Below, piece by piece: positions 20,868-30,774 of a DNA stretch of 64,000 nucleotides. The translations under genes and the position numbers were made by a program. Origin of the DNA: Candidatus Kinetoplastidibacterium crithidiae (GTDB lineage Bacteria; Pseudomonadota; Gammaproteobacteria; Burkholderiales; Burkholderiaceae_B); NCBI GenBank assembly GCA_027557655.1, contig CP064915.1, positions 719,808 through 783,807 on the forward strand, read 5' to 3'. Below the pieces are notes generated by a model. It was not told the DNA's origin, made no database searches, and saw only the letters and a program-made list of their open reading frames with translations. The stretch's first letter is position 1, and each line of letters begins with the position of its first letter.

Positions 20868-21680
20868 ATGTTCATTCTAACTGGAAACCAAATTGTGTTA
20901 AGAATAACTTCTATAAATGTCAATGGAATAAGATCCGCAATTAAAAAAAAATTCCTAGATTGGCTATATGATAAAAATCCTGATATTGTTTGTTTACAAG
21001 AAATTAGAATTGCTAATAATAATATCAATAATGAATTGCTTAACCCATTAGGATTCAAAGGTTTTTTCTATCCAGCAGAAAAAAATGGTTATAGTGGCGT
21101 GGGCATATATACAAAAAAACAACCAATCAAAATCACTAAAGGATTAGAAGATAAAAATATTGATTCAGAAGGTAGAATTATAAGACTAGACTGGGAAACA
21201 ATTTCAATTATAAGTGTTTATTTCCCATCTGGTTCAAACAATGATAGACAAATAGCAAAATTAGTATTCTTACAAAAGTTTGAATTATATTTAGCAACAA
21301 TTTACTCTGAATCTATAATATCTAAACGTAATTTCCTTATATGTGGTGATTGGAATATAGCACATACTCAAATAGATATAAAAAACTGGAAAAACAACAT
21401 AAATAAACCTGGATTTCTTCCTGAAGAAAGGAATTGGCTCTCTAAAATTTTGAATACCTATAATTTAGTAGATGTTTTTAGAAAACTACATCCACATAAG
21501 GAGCAATACACTTGGTGGAGCAATAGAGCAAAATCATGGGAAAGAAATGTTGGCTGGAGAATAGATTATCAAATAGCAAACAGTTCTTTCGCAAATCTTG
21601 CAATCTCATCTGAAGTTTATATGAAAACAAGGTTTAGCGATCATGCTCCACTAACAATAGACTATAAAACTGAAATTTAA
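20868..21680 (+). CDS. xthA: exodeoxyribonuclease III
   Basis: SINVNGIRS, CLQE and the C-terminal SDHAPL motif of the EEP nucleases. The true start could be the GTG at 20895. Confidence 0.85.
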   Translation: MFILTGNQIVLRITSINVNGIRSAIKKKFLDWLYDKNPDIVCLQEIRIANNNINNELLNPLGFKGFFYPAEKNGYSGVGIYTKKQPIKITKGLEDKNIDSEGRIIRLDWETISIISVYFPSGSNNDRQIAKLVFLQKFELYLATIYSESIISKRNFLICGDWNIAHTQIDIKNWKNNINKPGFLPEERNWLSKILNTYNLVDVFRKLHPHKEQYTWWSNRAKSWERNVGWRIDYQIANSSFANLAISSEVYMKTRFSDHAPLTIDYKTEI

Positions 21681-21839
21681 TTGTTATATTAAAAATTACA
21701 TGATATATTTTCATCATCTAGAATTGTCTAAACTAATGTTTACAAAATCATTGTAATGACAGGCACTTATTATAAGTTACAGATCTTATTAGATCTCATC
21801 ACTTGATAATTATTAATAATATTTTTTTGAAGTTTTAAA

Positions 21840-22475
21840 ATGCTAACTTCATTTTTCTCATCTATTACTTTCCAAGCCTGGTTTAACGGACTTTTAACCG
21901 GCCTCGGATTGTTCGCAGTGGTAGGAGCTCAGAGTGCTTTTATAATTCGTCAAGGATTAATGCGTTCTCATATAATGACAATTATAATTGTTTGTTGTCT
22001 AACAGATGCTATTTTCATTTTTTCTAGTGTAATAGGACTAAAGGAACTAATATTACGGGCTCCTTGGTTTAAGGATTTTATCCTTATACTAGGAATAATT
22101 TTTTTATCATGTTACTCATGGAAATCTGCAAAAAAAGCATTTAAAAAATCTTCTAATATAGAATCTACAAATTATATAATATATTCTAAACAATCTGTAA
22201 TTCTAACAACTTTAGGATTTAGTTTATTAAATCCACATTTTTGGCTAGATATGATCTTAATTGGATCATTAGCTAACGTATATGAAAATGCTAGTATGGC
22301 CTATGCTTTTGGTGCTTTAACTGCTAGCATATTATGGCTTAATCTTTTAGGATTAGGAGCAAGATTATGTGCTCCTATATTTTCTAAACCAAAAGCCTGG
22401 AGAATATTAGATGGTGCCATTGCCATTATTATGATGGCAATGGCTATTCTGCTACTCAAACAATATATTAGTTAG
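21840..22475 (+). CDS. argO: LysE/ArgO family basic amino-acid exporter
   Basis: 211 aa, six hydrophobic segments. GAQSAFIIRQG and LLNPHFWLDM align with E. coli ArgO GPQNAFVMNQG and WLNPHVYLDT. Confidence 0.75.
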   Translation: MLTSFFSSITFQAWFNGLLTGLGLFAVVGAQSAFIIRQGLMRSHIMTIIIVCCLTDAIFIFSSVIGLKELILRAPWFKDFILILGIIFLSCYSWKSAKKAFKKSSNIESTNYIIYSKQSVILTTLGFSLLNPHFWLDMILIGSLANVYENASMAYAFGALTASILWLNLLGLGARLCAPIFSKPKAWRILDGAIAIIMMAMAILLLKQYIS

Positions 22476-22518
22476 CAATTGAACATATATTGTTTGCAAT
22501 AGAAATAATTATTAATTT

Positions 22519-23244
22519 ATGAGTAATAAACTAATAAAAAAAAACCTATACAAAGATTTTAATAATCTACATAAAATCTGGAAAAACTGTTTTTTACAAA
22601 ATAATCTTGAGCAAAATTTCAAAGAAATTTTTAACTATATTGAATCAGAAATAGATAAGGGTGTTCTAATATATCCAGCAAATCCTTTTAGATCACTATA
22701 CAATGTAAAAAATTTATCAAAAATTAAAGTGGTTATATTGGGACAGGATCCGTATCATAATGAAGGACAAGCGGATGGCTTGGCCTTTTCTGTTCCGTCT
22801 AATTGTAAAATGCCACCTAGTCTTATGAATATAAACAAAGAATTAAAACAAGAATATAATAATATTGATTTAGAAACAGCAAAAGATCTATCATTTTGGG
22901 CAATGCAAGGAGTATTTTTATTAAATACTATTTTAACAGTGGAACATGGCAAAGCAATGTCTCATGCTAACCATGGATGGGAATTAATAACAGACGCAAT
23001 TATAAAATTAGTCTCCGCTAATAACTCACCAAAAGCATTTTTATTATGGGGTTTAGCTGCACAAAAAAAAACAAAGCTAATTACAAATAAAATACATCTA
23101 ATATTAAAATCTAATCACCCGTCTCCATTATCTGCTTATAGAAAACCAATCCCTTTCATAGGTTGTAATCATTTCATAAAAACAAACGAATGGCTGATTT
23201 CAAATAAAAAAAAACCAATTAAATGGCTAACATCTAAAAAATGA
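22519..23244 (+). CDS. ung: uracil-DNA glycosylase
   Basis: VVILGQDPYHNEGQADGLAFSV and HPSPLS motifs. Confidence 0.9.
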   Translation: MSNKLIKKNLYKDFNNLHKIWKNCFLQNNLEQNFKEIFNYIESEIDKGVLIYPANPFRSLYNVKNLSKIKVVILGQDPYHNEGQADGLAFSVPSNCKMPPSLMNINKELKQEYNNIDLETAKDLSFWAMQGVFLLNTILTVEHGKAMSHANHGWELITDAIIKLVSANNSPKAFLLWGLAAQKKTKLITNKIHLILKSNHPSPLSAYRKPIPFIGCNHFIKTNEWLISNKKKPIKWLTSKK

Positions 23245-23544
23245 AATATTACTGTTTGCTTTTATAAAATTCTCCTGATAAAATAATTGCTATTAGAGAT
23301 AGTATCCAGAATTTAATATTTTTTGGAAATTGTCAACTCGGTAGCTCTGAAAATATATAATATCTAAGCTTTTGCTTGAGTATTATCATCGATTATCTGA
23401 CCTCCTTTAGCCTTGTAAGTTATAAAATACACCGTAACGAACGGTTGATGGGTCGGCACGATATTGTTACCCTTTCAACTGTTAGCAAATAGATTTTAAG
23501 AAAAACTATTTGCTGATGTAACTATATATTAGCAAGGAAAATAA

Positions 23545-24942
23545 ATGTCTTTTGAAAATCTTGGTATAAACGCAAATATATTGAATGCAATCAAAGCCAC
23601 AGGATTTGAATCACCTACACCAGTACAACAAGCAACAATCCCTAAAGCAATAATGAGACAAGATTTAGTTGTTTCAGCACAAACTGGTAGTGGCAAAACT
23701 GCTGCTTTTATGCTACCAATATTACAGCTCTTGTCAGAGAAAAAAGCACAGAATGCTTCAATACAAGTATTAGTGTTAACTCCTACAAGAGAATTAGCTA
23801 TGCAAATTACTAAAGCAGCCTCTGTTTATGGAAGTAATCTTCCTTGGCTACGTGTAGCTACAATAGTTGGTGGTATGCCATATAAAGCACAAATCAAAGC
23901 TCTATCTAAAAGAATTGATATTCTAGTGGCTACTCCTGGTAGATTGATTGATCAAATGCAATCTGGTAGAGTAAATTTGAATAATGTTCATACTTTAGTT
24001 TTAGATGAAGCTGATAGAATGTTGGATATGGGGTTTATAGATGATATACAAACGATAGTTGCTGAATTACCTAAAGAAAAACAAACAATGTTATTTTCTG
24101 CAACAATAGATAATAGCATTATGAATCTGGCTAAAAAAATGATGAATAACCCAGAGAGGATTAGTCTAAATAATAATAAACAAAGCCATAACAATATAGA
24201 ACAAAAATTAATTTATATAGATGATTACAAACATAAAATAAAAGTTTTACAGCATTTACTAGGTAAAGAAAATATTGATCAAGCAATTGTTTTCACTTCA
24301 ACTAAGAGAGGAGCTGACGATTTATCTAACCATTTATCCGATAATGGATTTGCTGTTGCTGCACTTCATGGTGATATGAACCAAAGACAAAGAACAAAAA
24401 CTCTATCACAGTTACAAAAAAAACAATTACAAATATTAATAGCTACTGATGTAGCTGCTAGAGGGATAGATATCCAAGGCATTAGCCATGCTATTAATTT
24501 TGACTTGCCAATGCAAGCAGAAGATTATGTACATCGTATAGGAAGAACAGGCAGAGCTGGTCGCAATGGAGAAGCCCTAACTCTTGCTTCACATGCAGAA
24601 AAACACAAAGTTCGTAGAATAGAGAACTATATTGGCAAAAATATTAGTATAGAAGTAATAATTGGTTTAGAGTCTACAAATACTTTTAAGAAAAATATAA
24701 AAGAAAGTAGACCTAGAAATCATAGTTATAAAATTGATAATAATAAAAAAACTAGAACATATAATAATACTGCTAAACCATTATTCAATGATAGGACTAG
24801 AGAAGATAAACTCTTTTCTTCTAAGACTAATAATGATAACAAAAAAAGAAGTAGTATAAACTTTACAAAAAAACCATCATCTCCAAAAAGCATAAGAAAC
24901 AAAGGATTCACTACATATAGAGAACACTCAAATAACTTATGA
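23545..24942 (+). CDS. rhlE: DEAD-box ATP-dependent RNA helicase (RhlE-like) with basic N/K-rich tail
   Basis: Q-motif region, AQTGSGKT, DEAD, SAT and HRIGRTGRAG motifs. Confidence 0.85.
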   Translation: MSFENLGINANILNAIKATGFESPTPVQQATIPKAIMRQDLVVSAQTGSGKTAAFMLPILQLLSEKKAQNASIQVLVLTPTRELAMQITKAASVYGSNLPWLRVATIVGGMPYKAQIKALSKRIDILVATPGRLIDQMQSGRVNLNNVHTLVLDEADRMLDMGFIDDIQTIVAELPKEKQTMLFSATIDNSIMNLAKKMMNNPERISLNNNKQSHNNIEQKLIYIDDYKHKIKVLQHLLGKENIDQAIVFTSTKRGADDLSNHLSDNGFAVAALHGDMNQRQRTKTLSQLQKKQLQILIATDVAARGIDIQGISHAINFDLPMQAEDYVHRIGRTGRAGRNGEALTLASHAEKHKVRRIENYIGKNISIEVIIGLESTNTFKKNIKESRPRNHSYKIDNNKKTRTYNNTAKPLFNDRTREDKLFSSKTNNDNKKRSSINFTKKPSSPKSIRNKGFTTYREHSNNL

Positions 24943-24964
24943 TATTAAAAAAACACTCTAATTA

Positions 24965-26179
24965 ATGCAAAGTATAATTTCTACATTATTAAACTCATTA
25001 GACGAATACTCTAAACATCACGTTCGTCTAATGAAATCACATTTGATTGAACAAATCAAACAATCCAGAGATTGTATGATATCTTTCGAATCATGGATGG
25101 ATGAAGCATTATATGCTCCTAATTTAGGCTATTATTCATCCAAAAATAAAATTTTTAGTTCTAAGAATCAAGAGTCAATGAAATATCCAGCAGGAGATTT
25201 CATTACAGCACCTGAATTAACGTCAATATTCACAAAAACATTATCCATACAAATAGCAGAAATTCTCAAAAAAACTAATACAAATAAAATTCTCGAATTT
25301 GGAGCTGGTACAGGTAAATTATCATATGATCTAATAACAGAATTAGATCATATGGGAATAAAAGTAGAATATGAAATTATAGAGATATCCAGTAATCTTA
25401 CATTGTTACAAAAAAGAACTCTAGAACCATTTATAAAACGTGTAAAATGGCTTAAAAACATGCCATATGAGTTCAATGGTTGTGTAATAGCAAATGAACT
25501 TATAGATGCAATGCCAGTAAAATTGTTTCAATGGAATGAACATAATTGCTTGCTAGAAAAATATGTTGGAATAAACAATAAAGAAGAGTTTATCTGGATA
25601 AATAAACCTGCTAATGATAAATTGACAAACACTGTATATAGCAGAATGGAACCATTACCAGGATATGCATCAGAAATTAACTTAATTGGAGAAGCCTGGC
25701 TCACAAACATTATACAAAATATTACAAATGGCGTACTATTGATTATAGATTATGGCTTTCCACAAGAAGAACTATATCATCCACAAAGATATACAGGAAC
25801 CTTAATGTGTCATTTACATCATATAGCTTACTCAGATCCATTTATTGCTCCAGGCATACAAGATATAACAGCTCATGTTAACTTTACAGCATTAGCATCC
25901 ACGGCTTTAAAAGAGAAATCTCAAATTCTAGGATATACTTCCTTAGCCAGATTTTTACTCAACTGTAACATACTAAAAATATTGGAACAAATGGATCTTT
26001 CTTCTGCAAACAAACAGATTGAAATACTAGGTCCAGCTCAAAAATTATTATCAGAGAATGAAATGGGAGAATTATTCAAAGTGCTAGCTATAGGAGTAAA
26101 CTGGAAAGAAAATGAGAAACTAATTGGATTTAGAAAAAGAGATAGATCAGAAAAATTATTCACAACTCTGAAAAACTAA
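24965..26179 (+). CDS. SAM-dependent methyltransferase, MidA/NDUFAF7 (DUF185) family
   Basis: GDFITAPELTSIF and ILEFGAGTGKL motifs. 404 aa. Confidence 0.75.
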   Translation: MQSIISTLLNSLDEYSKHHVRLMKSHLIEQIKQSRDCMISFESWMDEALYAPNLGYYSSKNKIFSSKNQESMKYPAGDFITAPELTSIFTKTLSIQIAEILKKTNTNKILEFGAGTGKLSYDLITELDHMGIKVEYEIIEISSNLTLLQKRTLEPFIKRVKWLKNMPYEFNGCVIANELIDAMPVKLFQWNEHNCLLEKYVGINNKEEFIWINKPANDKLTNTVYSRMEPLPGYASEINLIGEAWLTNIIQNITNGVLLIIDYGFPQEELYHPQRYTGTLMCHLHHIAYSDPFIAPGIQDITAHVNFTALASTALKEKSQILGYTSLARFLLNCNILKILEQMDLSSANKQIEILGPAQKLLSENEMGELFKVLAIGVNWKENEKLIGFRKRDRSEKLFTTLKN

Positions 26180-27253
26180 TAATCTAGCTTCCCTAACTAA
26201 ATTTTTTCTTTTTCTTTGATCGGCTTCCATCAAATAATCTCCTAAATTAATATCTAAAACCTTCTCTAATCTAAACAAAATATCCTGTACATTAATCTTT
26301 AATATACATTCACAAGATTTTAATAAATTTATAAAACGACTATATCTTCTAAATGCATCACATTTTTCTAAAATTAAAAATTGATCATTTAAAGAAGTAT
26401 CTCTCTCTAGCATCTTTAAGATATACGGTAATAAGGTAGCATAAGTTCTACACATAGATTGAACAGCCAAACGCTTACTTAATAAACATCTATCTGCTGT
26501 ATCCATACATAGGAAGGCATATCTTGTACATAAATCTATTTCATCGGGAATATTTTGTAAAAAATGATTTACACGATTAGACAAAATTAGTTCAGGCATA
26601 ATTATATCTAGTGCTTCTACTTCCTTTAAGAAATTGAACATGTTTATGGGTGTTTTTACCATAAGTCCTTTGGATATTTCTTTCCAAATACGTTCTTTAC
26701 TCAAAGATTCTAACTCACCATTTTTCGTCATTATTTTACAAAAATCTATTGTATCTTTAGAAATACTAAATTTATCAAATTTTGCACTAAAACGAGCCAA
26801 TCTAATTAGTCTTAATGGGTCTTCTCTAAAAGATGGACTTATATGACGTAAAATACCAAACCTAATATCTCTAAGACCATTAAAAGGATCAATAATTTTT
26901 CTGTTTATGCAATCATAAGCAATGGCGTTTATGGTAAGATCCCTTCTAAATAAATCATCTTTCAGAGTTATATAAGAATCAACATTAAATTCAAAACCTT
27001 TATGTCCGATGGCAACTTTATGTTCTGTTCTTGCTAAAGCGTACTCTTCCTTAGTTATTGGATGTAAAAAAACAGGAAAATTTTTACCAACTTTTTTAAA
27101 ACCTCTACTCTCCATTTCTTCTGAACTAGAACCAACAACTACCCAATCTCTATCTTCTTGTTGAGGCAAACCCAATAGCCTATCTCTCACAGCACCACCA
27201 ACAATATAAAATCTTAAACCCTTTGTGAACACATCTTCTTTTATATCAAACAT
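26156..27253 (-). CDS. cca: CCA-adding tRNA nucleotidyltransferase (short form, no recognisable HD phosphohydrolase motif)
   Basis: YIVGGAVRDRLLG...DRDWVV class-II nucleotidyltransferase head and RDLTINA. There is no His-Asp doublet in the C-terminal half. 365 aa. The 3' end overlaps the midA-like gene tail-to-tail by 24 nt. Confidence 0.85.
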   Translation of the reverse strand: MFDIKEDVFTKGLRFYIVGGAVRDRLLGLPQQEDRDWVVVGSSSEEMESRGFKKVGKNFPVFLHPITKEEYALARTEHKVAIGHKGFEFNVDSYITLKDDLFRRDLTINAIAYDCINRKIIDPFNGLRDIRFGILRHISPSFREDPLRLIRLARFSAKFDKFSISKDTIDFCKIMTKNGELESLSKERIWKEISKGLMVKTPINMFNFLKEVEALDIIMPELILSNRVNHFLQNIPDEIDLCTRYAFLCMDTADRCLLSKRLAVQSMCRTYATLLPYILKMLERDTSLNDQFLILEKCDAFRRYSRFINLLKSCECILKINVQDILFRLEKVLDINLGDYLMEADQRKRKNLVREARLLVFQSCE

Positions 27254-27335
27254 TTCTTTTAAAATCTAATATCTTGTATCATTTAAATTTATATAGTTAA
27301 AAACTATAAACTAAAAATAACATTAGGAATTGAGA

Positions 27336-27980
27336 ATGACAATATTAGAAAATAAATATAATAATATTTCTGAAATAATACGGTCTAATTTGAAACAAAT
27401 AAGATCTAAACTATCAAAAGATGAAATATATATCGGGAGCAAAAAAATAGAATCATTACTATTGGAATGGATATTATCAATAACTAATAATATAAATTTA
27501 AAAACAGCTAATGATAAAATAAATCTTGCTGGATTCTGGCCATTAAAATATGAACCTTGTCTTATAGATTTTTTACATATATGTTCCTCAAATCAAAAAT
27601 TAAATATTTGTTTACCTACAATAGAAAAAATAGATCATGCTCTTTCATTTAAACTATGGACTACTAAAACAGTTATGAAAATAGGAAAATTTAATATTCT
27701 AGAACCAGTATCAAATAAATATTTAATCCCACATATACTATTAATACCAACTCTAGGATTTACCAAAAATGGAGATAGAATAGGATATGGAAAAGGTTAT
27801 TATGATAGAACATTATCAAGCTTAATCGAAAATGGACACAAATTTATCTCTATAGGAATCTCTTGGGAATGTGGCTTAATAACAGATATATCTTATAAAG
27901 CAGCTTCTCATGACATAACATTAGATGCTATTTTAACAACAAAAGGATGGGAAAAAGAACCAACTATAAAATTTAAATGA
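27336..27980 (+). CDS. 5-formyltetrahydrofolate cyclo-ligase
   Basis: IPTLGFTKNGDRIGYGKGYYDRTL motif. Start taken as ATG 27336 rather than TTG 27330. Confidence 0.8.
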   Translation: MTILENKYNNISEIIRSNLKQIRSKLSKDEIYIGSKKIESLLLEWILSITNNINLKTANDKINLAGFWPLKYEPCLIDFLHICSSNQKLNICLPTIEKIDHALSFKLWTTKTVMKIGKFNILEPVSNKYLIPHILLIPTLGFTKNGDRIGYGKGYYDRTLSSLIENGHKFISIGISWECGLITDISYKAASHDITLDAILTTKGWEKEPTIKFK

Positions 27981-28077
27981 GTCAGTACAATTAATTCTTT
28001 TGCCATTACAAGATCTATACTATAAACATAATAATATAACAATAATTATTAAAATAAATAATTATAAAACAGAGCTT

Positions 28078-28281
28078 TTAAAGTTTTGGATAACCTTCTT
28101 TTCTAATTCTATTCCATATTTCTGTCTTTTGTTTATCGGTAAATGATACCCAATGAGAAACCTCATAAACAGTTCTGCCACAACCTTTACAAATATCATC
28201 GAATAAGGTAGAACAAACTGCTATACAAGGGGAATCTGACTTCAAAGATATACTATCAAAATGATTTTTTTTATAAGACAT
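28078..28281 (-). CDS. DUF1289-family small Cys-rich protein
   Basis: 67 aa, SPCIAVCS...ICKGCGRT...W pattern. Confidence 0.6.
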   Translation of the reverse strand: MSYKKNHFDSISLKSDSPCIAVCSTLFDDICKGCGRTVYEVSHWVSFTDKQKTEIWNRIRKEGYPKL

Positions 28282-28304
28282 AGCTTGTTGTATGATATAT
28301 CCAG

Positions 28305-29462
28305 TTATAAACTTTTTCTAAAAATAGTAGTTTGATCAATATTTTCCCAAGTAAACTCTGGTTCTAAACGACCAAAATGACCATAGGTAGCTGTTTTGAA
28401 ATATATAGGCCTTTGTAATTTTAATAGATTAATAATACTCTTTGGACGAAGATCAAAATTATCACGAACTAGCCTAGACAATTTCTGATTAGGCATCATA
28501 CATATATCACCTGTATAAACACTAACATTTATTGGCTCAGATATACCTATAGCATAACTAATTTGTACTTGGCATTTTCTTGTTATGCCAGAGGCAACTA
28601 TATTTTTCGCAATATATCTTGCCATATATGAAGCAGATCGATCGACTTTAGATGGGTCTTTCCCTGAAAAAGCCCCTCCTCCATGAGGACATGCTCCACC
28701 ATAAGTATCAACGATAATCTTACGACCTGTTATTCCACAATCTCCTTTAGGTCCACCTATAACAAAACGACCAGTAGGATTAATTAAGAATTTTGTTTTA
28801 TTATTAATAAATTTATCAGGAAAAGATGGTTTGATAATTTCTTCTATCACAGCTTCTCTTAAATTATTTATCCCTATATCTGTAGAATGCTGTGTAGAAA
28901 AAACAATAGTATCTACTTCAACTGCCTTACCATCTATATAACGAAAAGTTACCTGTGATTTCGCATCTGGTCTTAACCAAGGTAATCGCCCATCTCTTCT
29001 CAGCTCGCTTTGCCTTTGTACTAATCTATGAGAATACCATATTGGAGCAGGCATAAAATCTGGAGTATCATCACAAGCATAACCAAACATTAAACCCTGA
29101 TCCCCAGCACCTTGATCTAACTCGTCCTCTGCAATTAATCCAATAGCAATATCAGGAGATTGCTGATTATAAGTCATAAGAATATGACAATTTCTATAAT
29201 CAATTCCATCATCAATATCTTTATAACCTATATTCTTAATGGTATTACGTGCTACACCGACATAATCAACACTCGCATCAGTAGAAATTTCACCAGTTAA
29301 AACAACTATATTGTTGCCACATAAAGTTTCAGCAGCAACACGAGCATCAGGATCCTGAGCTAAAATCTCATCCAATATAGCATCTGAAATCTGATCAGCA
29401 ACTTTATCAGGATGTCCTTCAGAAACTGATTCTGAGGTAAACAAAAAATCTTCACTAATCAC
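28305..29462 (-). CDS. metK: S-adenosylmethionine synthetase
   Basis: [27 protein letters not shown] and [12 protein letters not shown] start preceded by GAAGGA. Confidence 0.95.
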   Translation of the reverse strand: MISEDFLFTSESVSEGHPDKVADQISDAILDEILAQDPDARVAAETLCGNNIVVLTGEISTDASVDYVGVARNTIKNIGYKDIDDGIDYRNCHILMTYNQQSPDIAIGLIAEDELDQGAGDQGLMFGYACDDTPDFMPAPIWYSHRLVQRQSELRRDGRLPWLRPDAKSQVTFRYIDGKAVEVDTIVFSTQHSTDIGINNLREAVIEEIIKPSFPDKFINNKTKFLINPTGRFVIGGPKGDCGITGRKIIVDTYGGACPHGGGAFSGKDPSKVDRSASYMARYIAKNIVASGITRKCQVQISYAIGISEPINVSVYTGDICMMPNQKLSRLVRDNFDLRPKSIINLLKLQRPIYFKTATYGHFGRLEPEFTWENIDQTTIFRKSL

Positions 29463-29857
29463 AAAAAATCCTTCTAAATTTCTATTTTTATTTAACTTAG
29501 CATTAATATTACTAACATGTGTAGCTTTAGATGGTAAAAATAATCATTATTATGATATGAGAATAACAAACAAATATAACATTTTTAAAACTAGATTAAT
29601 CTAAAGATGTATCATATGTTTAAAAAAATTTTCAAATAGAAATTACTATAATAAAAATTAGCTCATATAGACTAATTCTAATAAGACTTAGAAATTAAAA
29701 ATAAAATTATTTAAATAAGAATTAATACAAAATATAATTGTTCATATGCTAACTAGAATACCTAAGATAAAAAATATACTTGAAATTTTTAGAACATGTA
29801 TTATATAAAAGGTGTTGAATAGATACTAACAATTTAAAATATTAAATAAGGTTTAAT

Positions 29858-30748
29858 ATGACATATCTAAATTTTACCAAAATGCATGGTATTGGTAACG
29901 ATTTTATAGTAATAGACTGCATAAATCAAAATTTCAAGATGACAACAGCAATAGCAAAATCTATTGCTGACCGCCATTTTGGAATTGGAGCAGACCAAAT
30001 CCTATTAATAGAAGAAACTGACCTACCCAATGCACATTTTAAATACAGAATATTTAATTCTGATGGTCATGAAGTGGAAAATTGTGGTAATGGAGCTCGT
30101 TGCTTTGTTAAATTCATACATCAAAAAAAACTAAGCGACAAAAACCCCATTATAGCAGAAATAAAAAATGGGTTAATTAGTCTTCATGAAAATTCAGATG
30201 GTTCTGTAACTGTCAATATGGGAAAACCTTCTTTTGAACATCAAAACCTACCATTCAACACAGATAATTTGAATTGTACTACCAAATCATTAGAGAAAAT
30301 ATGGGAGATAAAAACTGAAAACAACGGAATAGTCCTCTTGTCTGTATTATCTATATCAAATCCACATGCCATAATAGAAGTTGATAATATCAATACAGAT
30401 TTAGTGTCTATAATTGGACCAGTCATAGAATCGCATAATAGATTTCCTAATAAAGTAAATGTTGGTTTTATGCAAATAAAAGATCCTCATAATATTCTCT
30501 TACGTGTTTATGAACGTGGAGCTGGAGAAACTTTATCTTGTGGTACTGGGGCATGTGCAGCAGTTGTATCAGGTATAAGAAGAGGGTTACTTCAATCACC
30601 TGTTAATGTAAAAACTAAAGGAGGATCTATATCAATAAATTGGGATGGAGGTGATATTAGAATGACAGGACCAGCAAATTTTGTATTCGATGGAAAAATA
30701 AAATTAGATGAATTATTAAACGAATCTGTTGATACAACTCTGCTATAA
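29858..30748 (+). CDS. dapF: diaminopimelate epimerase
   Basis: FTKMHGIGNDF, NSDGHEVENCGNGARC and ETLSCGTGACA (the two catalytic Cys). Confidence 0.9.
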   Translation: MTYLNFTKMHGIGNDFIVIDCINQNFKMTTAIAKSIADRHFGIGADQILLIEETDLPNAHFKYRIFNSDGHEVENCGNGARCFVKFIHQKKLSDKNPIIAEIKNGLISLHENSDGSVTVNMGKPSFEHQNLPFNTDNLNCTTKSLEKIWEIKTENNGIVLLSVLSISNPHAIIEVDNINTDLVSIIGPVIESHNRFPNKVNVGFMQIKDPHNILLRVYERGAGETLSCGTGACAAVVSGIRRGLLQSPVNVKTKGGSISINWDGGDIRMTGPANFVFDGKIKLDELLNESVDTTLL

Positions 30749-30774
30749 AAAACAAAATATCCTACTCTAATTAT

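Noticed and set aside
20792-21058. An 89-codon N-terminal extension of the pyrE ORF, reaching into the xthA start region.
   Set aside because: The extension is hydrophobic and low-complexity, and is unrelated to PyrE. PyrE homology begins at the internal Met (ATG 20791), which gives a normal 225-aa protein.
23333-23389. An 18-codon minus-strand mini-ORF preceded by a consensus AAGGAGG (complement of 23401-23407) inside the rhlE leader.
   Set aside because: The spacer to the ATG is long (11 nt), the peptide is tiny with no features, and it would be transcribed against the putative rhlE promoter. The GC-rich patch is better explained as leader RNA structure.
27254-27335. I looked for 6S RNA (ssrS), which classically lies immediately upstream of the 5-formyltetrahydrofolate cyclo-ligase gene.
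   Set aside because: The spacer is only 82 nt, whereas 6S is about 180 nt. It is almost pure A/T with no extended helix. 6S RNA, if present, is elsewhere.
29597-29624. A dif-like 28-mer (TAATCTAAAGA-TGTATC-ATATGTTTAAA) in the metK-dapF spacer, near xerC.
   Set aside because: Only the central region and the XerD-side arm resemble the E. coli dif consensus (about 8 of 11 positions). The XerC-side arm matches about 3 of 11. Partial matches of this kind are expected by chance in nearly pure A/T sequence, and dif is not normally linked to xerC.
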